A stretch of DNA of 64,000 nucleotides from Christensenellales bacterium (lineage in GTDB: Bacteria > Bacillota > Clostridia > Christensenellales > DTU072), in contig JBMNTS010000004.1 of the NCBI GenBank assembly GCA_050945855.1, positions 5,464 to 69,463 of the forward strand, read 5' to 3'. Below are positions 1 through 10,216 of this stretch, piece after piece. Every line of letters starts with the position of its first letter. The stretch's first letter is position 1. The notes beneath the pieces were generated by a model. It was not told the DNA's origin and did no database searches. It worked only from the letters and a program-made list of their open reading frames with translations. The translations under genes and the position numbers were made by a program.

Positions 1-1941
1 CCACAATATGTAATGAACAGCAAAAACAAAGAAAATGTGCGCAAGATTAAGGAAGCGCTCAAGGAAAGCGAAAGCGTGTATCTCGCGACCGACCCGGACA
101 GGGAAGGCGAAGCGATAAGCTGGCATCTTGCGCAGGTGCTGGGGCTTAATTCTCATCCTTTGCGTATAGAATTTAACGAGATAAGCAAAAATTCGGTGCA
201 AAACGCCATTGAGAACCCCAGGGAAATCAATCAAAGACTGGTTGACGCGCAGCAGGCGCGCAGAGTGCTTGACAGGATAGTGGGCTATAAAATCAGCCCT
301 GTGCTGGGACGTAAAATCAAGCACGGCACCTCGGGCGGCAGAGTGCAGTCCGCCGCTCTCAAAATGATAACGGACAGGGAAAATGAAATCCTTTCCTTTA
401 CACCGGAAGAGTATTGGTCACTTATTGCCTCTCTTTACAAGAAAGGCGCCAAGAGCAAAGCCTTTAAGGCGCAGTTCTCCGAGATTAACGGCAATAAGGT
501 CAAGCTGACGGGGGAAGCGCAGGTAAGGGCCATCGAGCAGGATTTGCAGTCCGCCCCGTTCAGCGTAGCCAATATCAAAAAAAGCGTGGTCACCGTAAGG
601 CCTTACGCTCCCTTTACCACCAGTACCCTTCAGCAGGACGCCTCAATCAAACTTAATATCCCCGTGCCCAAGGTAATGCAGCTTGCCCAGCAGCTTTACG
701 AGGGTATACCCATAGAAGGTATGGGGCAGACCGCCCTTATCACCTATATCCGTACGGACAGCGTAAGGGTGTCCGAGGATTTTCAGCATCATACGCTGGA
801 ATATATAAGGCAGCAGTTCGGCTCGGATTACGCGCCCTCCAGACCCAACGTGTACAAAACCAAATCGCAAACTGTGCAGGACGCCCACGAGGCTATCCGT
901 CCCATCGCGCTTGACATCACGCCCGAATCCATTGCGGGCAAAGTGCAAAAGCAACTTTATCTTGTCTATAAGCTCATCTATAATCGCTATTTGGCAAGCC
1001 AGATGTCGCCCGCGGAATACAATGCGGTATCCGCAGATATTGTAGCTCAAGCTACGGAGAATACTTACGGTTTTAAGGCAAGCGGCAGGAGTGTAAAGTT
1101 TGCCGGCTACAGCGTGGTTTACAACGGCGACAAGAGCGAGGAAGAAGAGGGGGAATTGCCCCAATTGGAAAAGGGAGAGCAGCTTTTGGTCAAGGAGCTT
1201 AAGAGCGAGCAAAAGTTTACCAAGCCCCCTTCACGCTATACCGAAGCCACGCTGGTAAAAGCAATGGAAGAAAACGGCATAGGCCGCCCTTCCACTTACG
1301 CCAGCGTTATCAGCACCCTTTCCAAAAGAGGATACACGCAAAAGGAAAAGACGGCAATCAAACCCACCGAGCTGGGAATAACCGTGTCCGAATTTATGCA
1401 GCAGCATTTTAAGGAAATCGTGGATATCAAGTTTACCGCCAATGTGGAAAGCAAGCTGGACCATATCGAAAAGGGCATAAGGTGGCAGGAGGTTTTAGAG
1501 GAGTTTTATCCCCCATTCATGGATAAAATTCAAAAGGCGTACAAGGCGACGGGCAAGAGCGTGGAAAATAAGCCGCAGGTTACCGAGCAAAAATGCGCAA
1601 AATGCGGTGCGCCCATGGTGATAAGGGAAAGCAAATACGGCAAGTTTTTAGGTTGCTCCAAATTTCCCGATTGCAATTACATGCAAAGTCTTGTGGAAAA
1701 AATTACTTCCTGTCCCGATTGCGGAGGGGACATAATCAAAAAGAAAACCAAAAGGGGAAAACCCTTTTACGGCTGCTCCAATTATCCTTCCTGCTCTTTC
1801 GCATCCTGGGATACCCCCGCTCCTTTCCGCTGCCCGAAGTGCAAAAGTATTATGAAAGTGGTAAAGAAAGGAGAGGAGAGCGTTTACCAATGCACCAACG
1901 CGGATTGCAAACATACGATATTGCCTAAGGCAGAAAGTTGA
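1..1941 (+). CDS. topA: DNA topoisomerase I, 5' end truncated by the window edge
   Basis: The frame is open from nt 1. TOPRIM motif DPDREGEAISWH lies near the start, followed by the type IA core and three C-terminal Cys4 zinc-ribbon motifs (CAKCGAP..C, CPDCGG, CPKCKS). Confidence 0.95.
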   Translation, partial: PQYVMNSKNKENVRKIKEALKESESVYLATDPDREGEAISWHLAQVLGLNSHPLRIEFNEISKNSVQNAIENPREINQRLVDAQQARRVLDRIVGYKISPVLGRKIKHGTSGGRVQSAALKMITDRENEILSFTPEEYWSLIASLYKKGAKSKAFKAQFSEINGNKVKLTGEAQVRAIEQDLQSAPFSVANIKKSVVTVRPYAPFTTSTLQQDASIKLNIPVPKVMQLAQQLYEGIPIEGMGQTALITYIRTDSVRVSEDFQHHTLEYIRQQFGSDYAPSRPNVYKTKSQTVQDAHEAIRPIALDITPESIAGKVQKQLYLVYKLIYNRYLASQMSPAEYNAVSADIVAQATENTYGFKASGRSVKFAGYSVVYNGDKSEEEEGELPQLEKGEQLLVKELKSEQKFTKPPSRYTEATLVKAMEENGIGRPSTYASVISTLSKRGYTQKEKTAIKPTELGITVSEFMQQHFKEIVDIKFTANVESKLDHIEKGIRWQEVLEEFYPPFMDKIQKAYKATGKSVENKPQVTEQKCAKCGAPMVIRESKYGKFLGCSKFPDCNYMQSLVEKITSCPDCGGDIIKKKTKRGKPFYGCSNYPSCSFASWDTPAPFRCPKCKSIMKVVKKGEESVYQCTNADCKHTILPKAES

Positions 1942-1945
1942 CGTT

Positions 1946-3244
1946 ATGCAAACCGTAAAAATAATCGGAGGCGGACTGGCGGGCGCCGAAGCGGCGTATC
2001 AGCTTGCCAAAAGAGGCAAAAATGTGGAATTGTACGAAATGCGCCCCCACGTGTCCACCCCCGTTCATAAAACAGGCTCACTTGCGGAGCTGGTATGCTC
2101 CAACAGCCTGAAAAGTGAGGAAATCACCACCGCTGCAGGACTTCTCAAAGAAGAAATGAGGCTTTTGGACAGCCTGGTGATAAAAGCGGCGGAAGAGTGC
2201 AGAGTGCCTTCCGGCTCCGCGCTTGCGGTGGACAGAGCGCTGTTTTCAGCGACCGTCGAGAGATTGCTGTCGCAATGGGAAAATATTAAGATTATCCGCG
2301 AGGAAGCGGATAAGATAGAGGATTATACCATAGTCGCCTGCGGTCCCCTGCCTTCAGAAAAACTGACCGATGCCATAAAAGAGCTTACCAAAGAGGACAA
2401 ACTGTATTTTTACGATGCGGTAGCCCCCATTGTAGCCATAGACAGCGTGGATATGCGCTATGCCTTTTGGGGCAGCAGGTACAATAAGGGCGGCGCGGAC
2501 TATCTTAATTGTCCCATGGACAAAGAGCAGTATACGGCCTTTGTGTCCGCATTAAGAACAGCCCAAAGAGTACAATTAAAGCAGTTTGAGAACAGCGAGC
2601 TTTTTTCCGCCTGTATGCCTGTAGAAGTGCTTGCGGAAAAAGGGGAGGATACTTTAAGGTTCGGGCCATTACGCCCTGTGGGCATTACCTCTGCGGACGG
2701 CACAAGGGGCTACGCCGTGGTGCAGCTTAGGCGGGAGGACAATTACCTCAATCTTTGCAATCTGGTAGGGTTTCAGACCAATCTTACTTTCGGCGAGCAG
2801 GAAAGGGTGTTCAGAATGATTCCCGCCCTTGCAGGGGCGGAATTTGTCAGACACGGGGTAATGCACCGAAATACCTTTATCAATAGCCCCCTCTTGCTTG
2901 ACAACGGATTGAGATTAAGGCAAAATAAAAATATATACTTCGCGGGTCAAATCACCGGAGTGGAAGGATATATCGAAAGCGCGGCAAGCGGGCTGATCGC
3001 AGGTATAAATTTTGCCCGCCAACTTGATAATAAGGATATGTTTCTGCCTCCGGATACTACGCTGACGGGCAGCTTATTAAAGTTTATAAGCTCTCCGCAA
3101 AAAGATTTTCAACCTATGCACGCAAGTTTTTCTCTTTTGCGGGAGTTAGGATACAACACCAATAAAAACGAGCGGAAAAAGTTACTTGCCCAAAGGGCAA
3201 TTTCCGAACTCAAGGATGCAATAAGGAGTGATAGTTATGCTTAA
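1946..3244 (+). CDS. trmFO: Methylenetetrahydrofolate--tRNA-(uracil-5-)-methyltransferase TrmFO (Gid)
   Basis: N-terminal FAD fold IIGGGLAGAEAAYQLAKRG. Full-length TrmFO-like sequence of 432 aa. Canonical position after topA. Confidence 0.93.
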   Translation: MQTVKIIGGGLAGAEAAYQLAKRGKNVELYEMRPHVSTPVHKTGSLAELVCSNSLKSEEITTAAGLLKEEMRLLDSLVIKAAEECRVPSGSALAVDRALFSATVERLLSQWENIKIIREEADKIEDYTIVACGPLPSEKLTDAIKELTKEDKLYFYDAVAPIVAIDSVDMRYAFWGSRYNKGGADYLNCPMDKEQYTAFVSALRTAQRVQLKQFENSELFSACMPVEVLAEKGEDTLRFGPLRPVGITSADGTRGYAVVQLRREDNYLNLCNLVGFQTNLTFGEQERVFRMIPALAGAEFVRHGVMHRNTFINSPLLLDNGLRLRQNKNIYFAGQITGVEGYIESAASGLIAGINFARQLDNKDMFLPPDTTLTGSLLKFISSPQKDFQPMHASFSLLRELGYNTNKNERKKLLAQRAISELKDAIRSDSYA

Positions 3245-3767
3245 AGGGACGACTATTTGCGCGGTTAAAAAAGGCGGCGTAACGGTAATGGCCGGCGACG
3301 GTCAGGTTACGATGGGCGAAAATATAATTTTAAAAAGCAACGCCGTAAAGGTAAAAAGGATATACAACGATAAAGTTTTGGTAGGATTCGCGGGCTCTGT
3401 AAGCGACGCTTTCAGCCTTTCGGAAAAATTTGAGGAAATGCTCAGGAAATATTCGGGCAACCTGATGCGCAGCGCGGTGGAGCTTGCCGAAAATTGGCGA
3501 AAAGGCAACGAACTCAGGAACCTTGAGGCGATGCTTATTGTGGCAGACAAGGACAATCTGTTGATGGTGAGCGGCAACGGCAACGTTATAGACCCCGAAA
3601 GCGGAGTCTGCGCGATAGGCAGCGGCGGCAATTACGCGCTGTCCGCGGCAAGGGCTTTGATAGAAAACACGGATATGGACGCGGAGGAAATTGTGCGTAA
3701 GAGCATGAAAATAGCCGCCGATTTATGCGTGTTCACCAACAACAATCTGACTATTGAGAAGATATAG
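3237..3767 (+). CDS. hslV: ATP-dependent protease subunit HslV
   Basis: N-terminal MLKGTTICAV, Ntn-hydrolase Thr type. AAGGAG RBS at 3224-3229 favours the ATG at 3237 over the GTG at 3228 used by the ORF track. Overlaps the trmFO stop. Confidence 0.92.
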   Translation: MLKGTTICAVKKGGVTVMAGDGQVTMGENIILKSNAVKVKRIYNDKVLVGFAGSVSDAFSLSEKFEEMLRKYSGNLMRSAVELAENWRKGNELRNLEAMLIVADKDNLLMVSGNGNVIDPESGVCAIGSGGNYALSAARALIENTDMDAEEIVRKSMKIAADLCVFTNNNLTIEKI

Positions 3768-3776
3768 GAGGGAATA

Positions 3777-5096
3777 ATGGATTTATCACCCAAACAGATA
3801 GTTGCGGAACTGGATAGATATATCATAGGGCAAAAGGAAGCCAAAAAGGCGGTCGCGGTCGCGTTGCGCAACAGATACCGCCGCAGCAGGCTTTCTCCCG
3901 AACTGAGGGAAGAAATTACTCCCAAAAACATTATTATGAAAGGCCCTACCGGAGTGGGCAAAACCGAAATAGCGCGCCGCCTTGCCAAACTTGTCAAAGC
4001 GCCTTTTATTAAGGTGGAGGCTACCAAGTTTACCGAAGTAGGGTATGTGGGACGCGACGTGGAGAGCATGGTGCGCGATTTGGTGGAAGTGGCGATACGC
4101 ATGGTGCGCGAAGAAAAATACGCCGAAGTGGAGCCCAAAGCCAAAGCGGCTGCGGAAGCCAAGATTATAGACGCTCTTCTGCCGCTGAGAAAGCAAACCA
4201 ATGACGAAAAGCCCATACCCGAATTAAGGGAGGAATTGCTGCGCGATTTGCGCGAGGGCAAACTTGACAAGCTTACCGTTGATATGACTGTGGAAGTCAA
4301 GCCCAAGGCGCTGCAGATAGGTCCCATAGGCGGCGGCGCGGCGGACAATAATATCGGTGATTTCTTCGGCAGCCTTATGCCTTCCCGCCGCCAGAAGCGC
4401 AAGCTTTCCGTCGCGGACGCCATGGCGCTGCTTATCGAAGAAGAAAGCTCCAGGCTGATAGACAAGGAATCCATCAATCAGGAAGCGCTGACCAGAGCGG
4501 AGCAGGACGGCATTATTTTTGTGGACGAACTGGATAAGATTGTATCCAAGGGAAGCAAGGCGCACGGTCCGGAGGTCAGCAGAGAGGGCGTTCAGAGAGA
4601 TATTTTGCCCATTGTGGAGGGATGCGTCGTAAATACAAAATACGGCAATATCCGTACGGATTTTATCTTGTTTATCGCCGCTGGCGCATTTCATTTTGCC
4701 AAAGTCAGCGACCTGATTCCGGAGTTGCAGGGGCGTTTCCCTGTTACCGTGGAGTTATTAAGCCTTACTCAGGAGGATTTTGAGAAAATTTTGCGCGAGC
4801 CGGACAACGCTATTATTATGCAGTATGCCGAATTGCTGAAAATAGACAACGTGGAATTGAAATTCACAGAGGAAGCTATCGTGGAGATAGCCCGCATCGC
4901 TTATCTGGAAAACGAATCCACGGAAAATATAGGCGCCAGGCGCTTGCACACGCTTATGGAAATGTTGCTGGAGGACATTTCCTTTAACGCAAGCGGCAAT
5001 CACGATATGATAGAACTTGTCATTGACAGCGCATACGTGCGCAGTCATCTGGAGCCCGCCCTAAAACAGCTTAATCTGAAAAAATATATTCTATAG
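3777..5096 (+). CDS. hslU: ATP-dependent protease ATPase subunit HslU
   Basis: Walker A GPTGVGKTEIARRLA. AAA+ HslU architecture with an inserted I-domain. GGAGGG RBS. Confidence 0.95.
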   Translation: MDLSPKQIVAELDRYIIGQKEAKKAVAVALRNRYRRSRLSPELREEITPKNIIMKGPTGVGKTEIARRLAKLVKAPFIKVEATKFTEVGYVGRDVESMVRDLVEVAIRMVREEKYAEVEPKAKAAAEAKIIDALLPLRKQTNDEKPIPELREELLRDLREGKLDKLTVDMTVEVKPKALQIGPIGGGAADNNIGDFFGSLMPSRRQKRKLSVADAMALLIEEESSRLIDKESINQEALTRAEQDGIIFVDELDKIVSKGSKAHGPEVSREGVQRDILPIVEGCVVNTKYGNIRTDFILFIAAGAFHFAKVSDLIPELQGRFPVTVELLSLTQEDFEKILREPDNAIIMQYAELLKIDNVELKFTEEAIVEIARIAYLENESTENIGARRLHTLMEMLLEDISFNASGNHDMIELVIDSAYVRSHLEPALKQLNLKKYIL

Positions 5097-5103
5097 GTGA
5101 TTT

Positions 5104-6360
5104 ATGATTTCTGCGCCCAAGGGCACTAAGGATATATTGCCCAAAGATATACACAAATGGCATTATATCGAAAAAATAATCGATAATTTGGCCTTGCTCT
5201 ACGGACTTAAGGAAATAAGGACGCCGATATTTGAGCATACCGAATTGTTTACCAGAGGAATTGGGGAGACGACCGACGTAGTAGGCAAGGAAATGTATAC
5301 GTTCACGGATAAGGGCGGCAGGTCGATTACTCTCAAGCCGGAGGGCACGGCAGGTGCCGCCCGCGCTTACATAGAAAACAGCCTGGACGCCCAGCCGCAA
5401 CCTTGCAAAATGTATTACAAAACCCCCGTTTTCCGCTATGAAAAGCCGCAAAGCGGGCGGCTGCGCCAGCACCATCAGTTCGGGATAGAGATTTTCGGCT
5501 CATATTCTCCTTACGCGGACGCGGAAGCGATATGTATCGCGCGCGGCCTGTTTGACGCCGTAGGCATTAAGGATTTACAGCTTAGGATAAACAGTATAGG
5601 CTGTCCCGCGTGCAGGCGGCAGTACAACGCGGCGCTGAAAGAGTATTTTGCCACTCATATCGATAAAATGTGCGACACCTGCGCGGAGCGCCTGGCAAAA
5701 AATCCTTTGCGCATTCTGGACTGCAAAAGCCCTGTATGCGGCGAATTTGCCAAGAACGCTCCCAAAATGCTGGACTATTTATGCCCGGAATGTGAGCATC
5801 ATCACAATACCGTAAAAGAAGCGCTGGATGCGTGCGGGATAAAATACATTGTAGACCCCATGATAGTCAGAGGGCTTGATTATTACACCAAAACCGTTTT
5901 TGAGTTTGTTTCGGACAACATAGGCGCGCAAGGCACGGTTTGCGGCGGAGGCAGGTATGACAACCTTGTCAGCGAACTGGAGGGCAAACCGGCAGGATCC
6001 GTGGGTTTTGGACTGGGCTTGGAACGCCTGATTATGGTAGCTGAGGCTACGGGCATAAAACTGGGAGAGGATATTTCGCCCGCCGTTTATATCGCCCCGC
6101 TGGGAGAGAGGCAAAGGGCGGAAGCTTTTGCTTTAACGGCTGCTTTGCGCAACGCGGGCATAAGCGCGGAATGCGATATTCTCGACCGTTCCCTTAAAGC
6201 GCAAATGAAATACGCGGACAAGAAGGGTTATACTTACGTTATAGTGCTGGGCGAAGAAGAATTGTCGCGTAAAGAAGCACAGGTGAAGAATATGGCTGAC
6301 GGCACCGTACGTACAGTCGGTTTATCAATGATGGCAGAGTTTTTTAAGGAGATACTTTAA
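5104..6360 (+). CDS. hisS: Histidine--tRNA ligase
   Basis: Full-length class II HisRS-like sequence (GTKDILP, MYTFTDKGGR, GGGRYDNL). Starts only 7 nt after hslU. Confidence 0.94.
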   Translation: MISAPKGTKDILPKDIHKWHYIEKIIDNLALLYGLKEIRTPIFEHTELFTRGIGETTDVVGKEMYTFTDKGGRSITLKPEGTAGAARAYIENSLDAQPQPCKMYYKTPVFRYEKPQSGRLRQHHQFGIEIFGSYSPYADAEAICIARGLFDAVGIKDLQLRINSIGCPACRRQYNAALKEYFATHIDKMCDTCAERLAKNPLRILDCKSPVCGEFAKNAPKMLDYLCPECEHHHNTVKEALDACGIKYIVDPMIVRGLDYYTKTVFEFVSDNIGAQGTVCGGGRYDNLVSELEGKPAGSVGFGLGLERLIMVAEATGIKLGEDISPAVYIAPLGERQRAEAFALTAALRNAGISAECDILDRSLKAQMKYADKKGYTYVIVLGEEELSRKEAQVKNMADGTVRTVGLSMMAEFFKEIL

Positions 6361-8144
6361 TGGAAGAGACGCTATCGGGACTTAAGCGAAGCAAATATTG
6401 CGGAGAATTTTCCGCTCGTGATTTGGAAAAAAATGTAACCGCAATGGGTTTTGTGGCAAAAAGCCGCAACCTGGGCGCGATACTGTTTATGGACTTGCGC
6501 GACAGAGCGGGAATTGTGCAGATAAGTTTTGCAGCGGAAGATGACCCCGCCCTGTTTGAAAAGGCGGCGCAGGTAAAAAGCGAGTACGTTATCGCGGTAA
6601 CCGGAAAGGTTGTCGCGCGCGGCGAAAAAAACATTAACAAGGATATCCCCACAGGCGAAATAGAAATAAAAGCGGAGGAGTTGCGCATAATCAGCGCGGC
6701 GGACCTTCCGCCTTTTGCAATTACGGAAAACAGCAACGTGAGCGAACCGTTGCGCCTCAAATACCGTTACCTGGACTTAAGGCGCGCGGTTATGCAGCAA
6801 AAGCTGATAGTGCGCGACAAGATAATGCGCGTTACGCACAGCTATCTTGCCAAACACGGCTTTCTTAATATCGAAACGCCCTTTTTGGGCAAATCCACCC
6901 CCGAGGGTGCGAGGGATTATCTGGTGCCTTCCAGAGTGCATCCCGGCAAGTTTTACGCCCTGCCCCAATCCCCTCAGCTTTATAAGCAGATTTTAATGAT
7001 AAGCGGTCTTGACCGCTATTACCAGATAGCGCGCTGCTTTCGTGACGAGGATTTACGCGCCAACCGGCAGCCCGAGTTCAGCCAGATAGATTTGGAAATG
7101 AGCTTCGTAAGCGGTCCCGAGGACGTAATGAATATTGCGGAAGGGCTGATAAAAGAGATTTTCAAGCAGGTTTTGGGCATGAGTTTTAAGGGCAAATTCC
7201 GCCGCTTCAAATATAAGGAAGCAATGGAAAGGTTCGGCAGCGATAAGCCGGACACCCGTTTCGGTCTGGAAATTACGGATATAACCAAGTTCGCCAAAAC
7301 CGGCGATTTTGCTCCTTTTAAGCAGGCGGCGAAAAGAGGACATTCGGTAAGGTGCGTCAACGCCAAAGGATTGGCGGATGCTTTTACCAGAAAAGCTATT
7401 GACAAGGCAGGCGATTTCGTAAAGGATTACGGGCTTAAAGGTCTTGCTTACGCTATTGTAAAGGACAACGAGATAACAAGCCCGATAAAAAAATATTTTT
7501 CCGAACAGGACTTTAACGGGATATTGACGCAGGCAGGCGCGGAAAAGGGAGATATAATATTTTTCGCCGCGGGCAAAAACCAAACGGTGCTTACCGCATT
7601 GGGCGTGCTCAGGCTGCAGATAGCCAAAGAGCATAACCTGATTGACGAGAGCAGATATGATTTTCTGTGGGTCACCGATTTCCCGCTGTTTGAGTACGAC
7701 GAGCAGGAGAAAAGGCTGGTGGCTATGCACCATCCCTTTACTTCTCCGCGCGATAAGGATATACGTAAACTGGATACCGCGCCCGCAAAGGTACTTGCTA
7801 AGGCATACGACCTGGTAATCAACGGAGTGGAGGCGGGCGGCGGCTCCATCAGGATACATCAAAGAGCGGTACAGCAAAAAATGTTTGAGACTATCGGTCT
7901 TTCGGAGAGCGATATTAAAGAGCGGTTCGGTTTCTTTATGGAAGCGTTCCGTTACGGCACTCCCCCGCACGGCGGACTTGCCTTCGGGCTGGACAGGCTG
8001 GTAATGCTGCTGACCAATACGGATAATATCAAGGACGTCATCGCTTTCCCGAAAGTGCAGAACGCCTCCTGCCTTATGCAGGACGCGCCCGGCGAGGTAA
8101 GCGACGATCAATTAAAAGATTTGGGGATAATTATTAAAGAATGA
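6360..8144 (+). CDS. aspS: Aspartate--tRNA ligase
   Basis: Class IIb AspRS motifs (FRDEDLRANRQPEF, GGGSIRIH, GLDRLVM). TAATG overlap with the hisS stop. Confidence 0.95.
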   Translation: MEETLSGLKRSKYCGEFSARDLEKNVTAMGFVAKSRNLGAILFMDLRDRAGIVQISFAAEDDPALFEKAAQVKSEYVIAVTGKVVARGEKNINKDIPTGEIEIKAEELRIISAADLPPFAITENSNVSEPLRLKYRYLDLRRAVMQQKLIVRDKIMRVTHSYLAKHGFLNIETPFLGKSTPEGARDYLVPSRVHPGKFYALPQSPQLYKQILMISGLDRYYQIARCFRDEDLRANRQPEFSQIDLEMSFVSGPEDVMNIAEGLIKEIFKQVLGMSFKGKFRRFKYKEAMERFGSDKPDTRFGLEITDITKFAKTGDFAPFKQAAKRGHSVRCVNAKGLADAFTRKAIDKAGDFVKDYGLKGLAYAIVKDNEITSPIKKYFSEQDFNGILTQAGAEKGDIIFFAAGKNQTVLTALGVLRLQIAKEHNLIDESRYDFLWVTDFPLFEYDEQEKRLVAMHHPFTSPRDKDIRKLDTAPAKVLAKAYDLVINGVEAGGGSIRIHQRAVQQKMFETIGLSESDIKERFGFFMEAFRYGTPPHGGLAFGLDRLVMLLTNTDNIKDVIAFPKVQNASCLMQDAPGEVSDDQLKDLGIIIKE

Positions 8145-8581
8145 AAGAATTAGGGACAGTAACGCAGAACAAAAAAGGGGAAAGCGTCGTTCGCTTTGAG
8201 CGCAAAACGGCTTGCGAGAAGTGCAATATGTGCCTAAAAAGCAAAGACGAGATGTTTGTTGAGCTTGCGGTGGCAAATACGCTGGACGCCTCGGTAGGCG
8301 ACAGAGTGGAAGTGGAGATACCCGACAACACCGTGCTCAAGGCGTCCTTTATCGTCTATATTCTGCCCGCTTCCGCGTTGCTTATAGCGCTTGCGCTTAC
8401 GCAGAATATGGAGGACTGGGCAAGCTTTTCCATAGCTATCGCGGCGCTTGCCGCCACATACATCGGAGTAATCGGATTGGACAGATACTTAAAAAAGAAA
8501 AAGGGATTTATCCCTAAAATGACCGCAATATATAAAAAGGAGGATGACACACTTGAAGGAGAATCTGATAGAATTGACTGA
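8141..8581 (+). CDS. RseC/MucC (SoxR-reducing system) family membrane protein
   Basis: N-terminal beta-domain with a CxxCxxC-like cluster (CEKCNMC), followed by two TM helices. ATGA overlap with the aspS stop. Confidence 0.7.
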   Translation: MKELGTVTQNKKGESVVRFERKTACEKCNMCLKSKDEMFVELAVANTLDASVGDRVEVEIPDNTVLKASFIVYILPASALLIALALTQNMEDWASFSIAIAALAATYIGVIGLDRYLKKKKGFIPKMTAIYKKEDDTLEGESDRID

Positions 8582-8876
8582 TGAAAATTTTGACGAAGTA
8601 ATCAGCCAGGAAAAGGTTTCGCTGATAGATTTCTGGGCCAACTGGTGCCCGCCCTGCAAAATGCTGCTGCCCATTATTGACGAATTGGCGGAAGAAAAAG
8701 GGCAGGAGTACAATATCTGCAAGGTAAACGTTGACGAAAACGGGGATATTGCCGAGAGGTATTCCATTATGACAATTCCTACCCTTATGGTTTTCAAAAA
8801 AGGAGAAATGCTGGAGCGATTGGTAGGCGTCAAGCCCAAAAACCAGCTTTTGGCGATTCTTGAAAAACACGCGTAA
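8544..8876 (+). CDS. trxA: Thioredoxin with a CPPC active-site variant
   Basis: WCPPCK active site, thioredoxin fold length, TIPTLMVFKKGE motif. The start is either the ATG at 8544 or the TTG at 8553; the AAGGAGG RBS at 8537-8543 is better spaced for the TTG. Overlaps the preceding ORF. Confidence 0.88.
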   Translation: MTHLKENLIELTDENFDEVISQEKVSLIDFWANWCPPCKMLLPIIDELAEEKGQEYNICKVNVDENGDIAERYSIMTIPTLMVFKKGEMLERLVGVKPKNQLLAILEKHA

Positions 8877-8957
8877 GCAAAGCTTTTTGCCTATGGCTTG
8901 CATTTGCTTGATTAAACTTTTTTTAAGTTTTATAATATTTACATAGAGGAAAAACAC

Positions 8958-10214
8958 ATGATTGATTTAACCCCGTTAAAAGAAAAAGATTTTGAAGTAT
9001 TTTCGGCTATCGCAGAAGAGCTGGACAGACAGGAGGGCAATTTGGAGCTTATCGCAAGCGAAAACTTTGTTTCTCCCGAGGTTATGCTTGCGGCAGGCAC
9101 GCATCTCACCAACAAATACGCGGAAGGATATCCTTCCCGCCGTTATTACGGGGGATGCCAGTTTGTGGACAAGGTGGAAACGCTTGCCATCGAGCGGGCA
9201 AAACAGCTTTTCGGCGCCGAACACGCCAACGTTCAGCCGCATTGCGGCAGCAGCGCGAATACGCAGGTTTATTACGCTTTGCTGAAACCCGGCGACACGG
9301 TTATGGGTATGAACCTTAATCACGGCGGGCATCTTACCCACGGCAGTCCGGTAAGCATCAGCGGAACGTATTTTAATTTTGTGCCTTACGGCGTCAGCGA
9401 AAAGACGGGGTATATAGATTACGACGAAGTGGAAAGGATAGCGCTGGACTGCAAGCCCAAAATGATCGTGGCGGGCGCGAGCGCGTACGCCAGGGAAATA
9501 GATTTCAAGCGTTTTCGTGAAATATGCGACAAGGTGGACGCTTTGTTTATGGTGGACATGGCGCATATCGCGGGACTTGTGGCGTGCGGTCTGCACCAAA
9601 GCCCGATACCTTATGCTGACGTAGTCACATCCACCACTCATAAGACCTTGCGCGGACCGCGCAGCGGTTTGATTCTGTGCAAGAGCAAATATCAGAAAAT
9701 CATTGACAAGGCGGTTTTCCCCGGCACGCAGGGCGGACCGCTGATGCATATCATAGCCGCTAAGGCGGTAGCTTTTAAGGAAGCGTTAAGCGAAGATTTC
9801 CATCGTTATTCCGCCCAAGTGGTAGCCAACGCCAAGGCGCTGGCGCAAACGCTGATGGAGGAAGGCATTAAGCTGTTTTCCGACGGAACGGACAATCATT
9901 TGATGCTGCTGGATTTAAGAGGTACGGGCTGTTCGGGCAAGGAGTTGGAAACGCTTCTCGATAAGGTAAACATCACCACCAACAAAAACTCCATTCCCTT
10001 TGATGACGCCTCCCCCTTTGACCCCAACGGATTAAGACTGGGCACTCCCGGCGTTACCACCAGAGGTATGAAGGAAGATGAAATGCGTATAATCGGTAAA
10101 TGCATAGCCAAGATTATTAAGCAAAAAGCAGCGGTCTGCGACGAGGTAAAAGCCGAAGTCGCAAAGTTGACCCAAGCTTTTCCCTTGTATAAGCACAGCA
10201 TTAAAGTGAGTTGA
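8958..10214 (+). CDS. glyA: Serine hydroxymethyltransferase
   Basis: PLP-lysine motif [14 protein letters not shown]. Full-length SHMT-like sequence. Confidence 0.96.
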   Translation: MIDLTPLKEKDFEVFSAIAEELDRQEGNLELIASENFVSPEVMLAAGTHLTNKYAEGYPSRRYYGGCQFVDKVETLAIERAKQLFGAEHANVQPHCGSSANTQVYYALLKPGDTVMGMNLNHGGHLTHGSPVSISGTYFNFVPYGVSEKTGYIDYDEVERIALDCKPKMIVAGASAYAREIDFKRFREICDKVDALFMVDMAHIAGLVACGLHQSPIPYADVVTSTTHKTLRGPRSGLILCKSKYQKIIDKAVFPGTQGGPLMHIIAAKAVAFKEALSEDFHRYSAQVVANAKALAQTLMEEGIKLFSDGTDNHLMLLDLRGTGCSGKELETLLDKVNITTNKNSIPFDDASPFDPNGLRLGTPGVTTRGMKEDEMRIIGKCIAKIIKQKAAVCDEVKAEVAKLTQAFPLYKHSIKVS

Positions 10215-10216
10215 AA

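Noticed and set aside
3632-4477. 281-aa Ser/Leu-rich minus-strand ORF across hslV/hslU
   Set aside because: Antisense shadow ORF of hslU. Its composition (runs of S, L and A) is typical of reverse-frame artefacts.
7053-8111. 352-aa ORF on the minus strand, inside aspS
   Set aside because: Shadow ORF antisense to a clearly homologous, full-length AspRS gene. It has no RBS, a low-complexity composition and no recognisable motifs.
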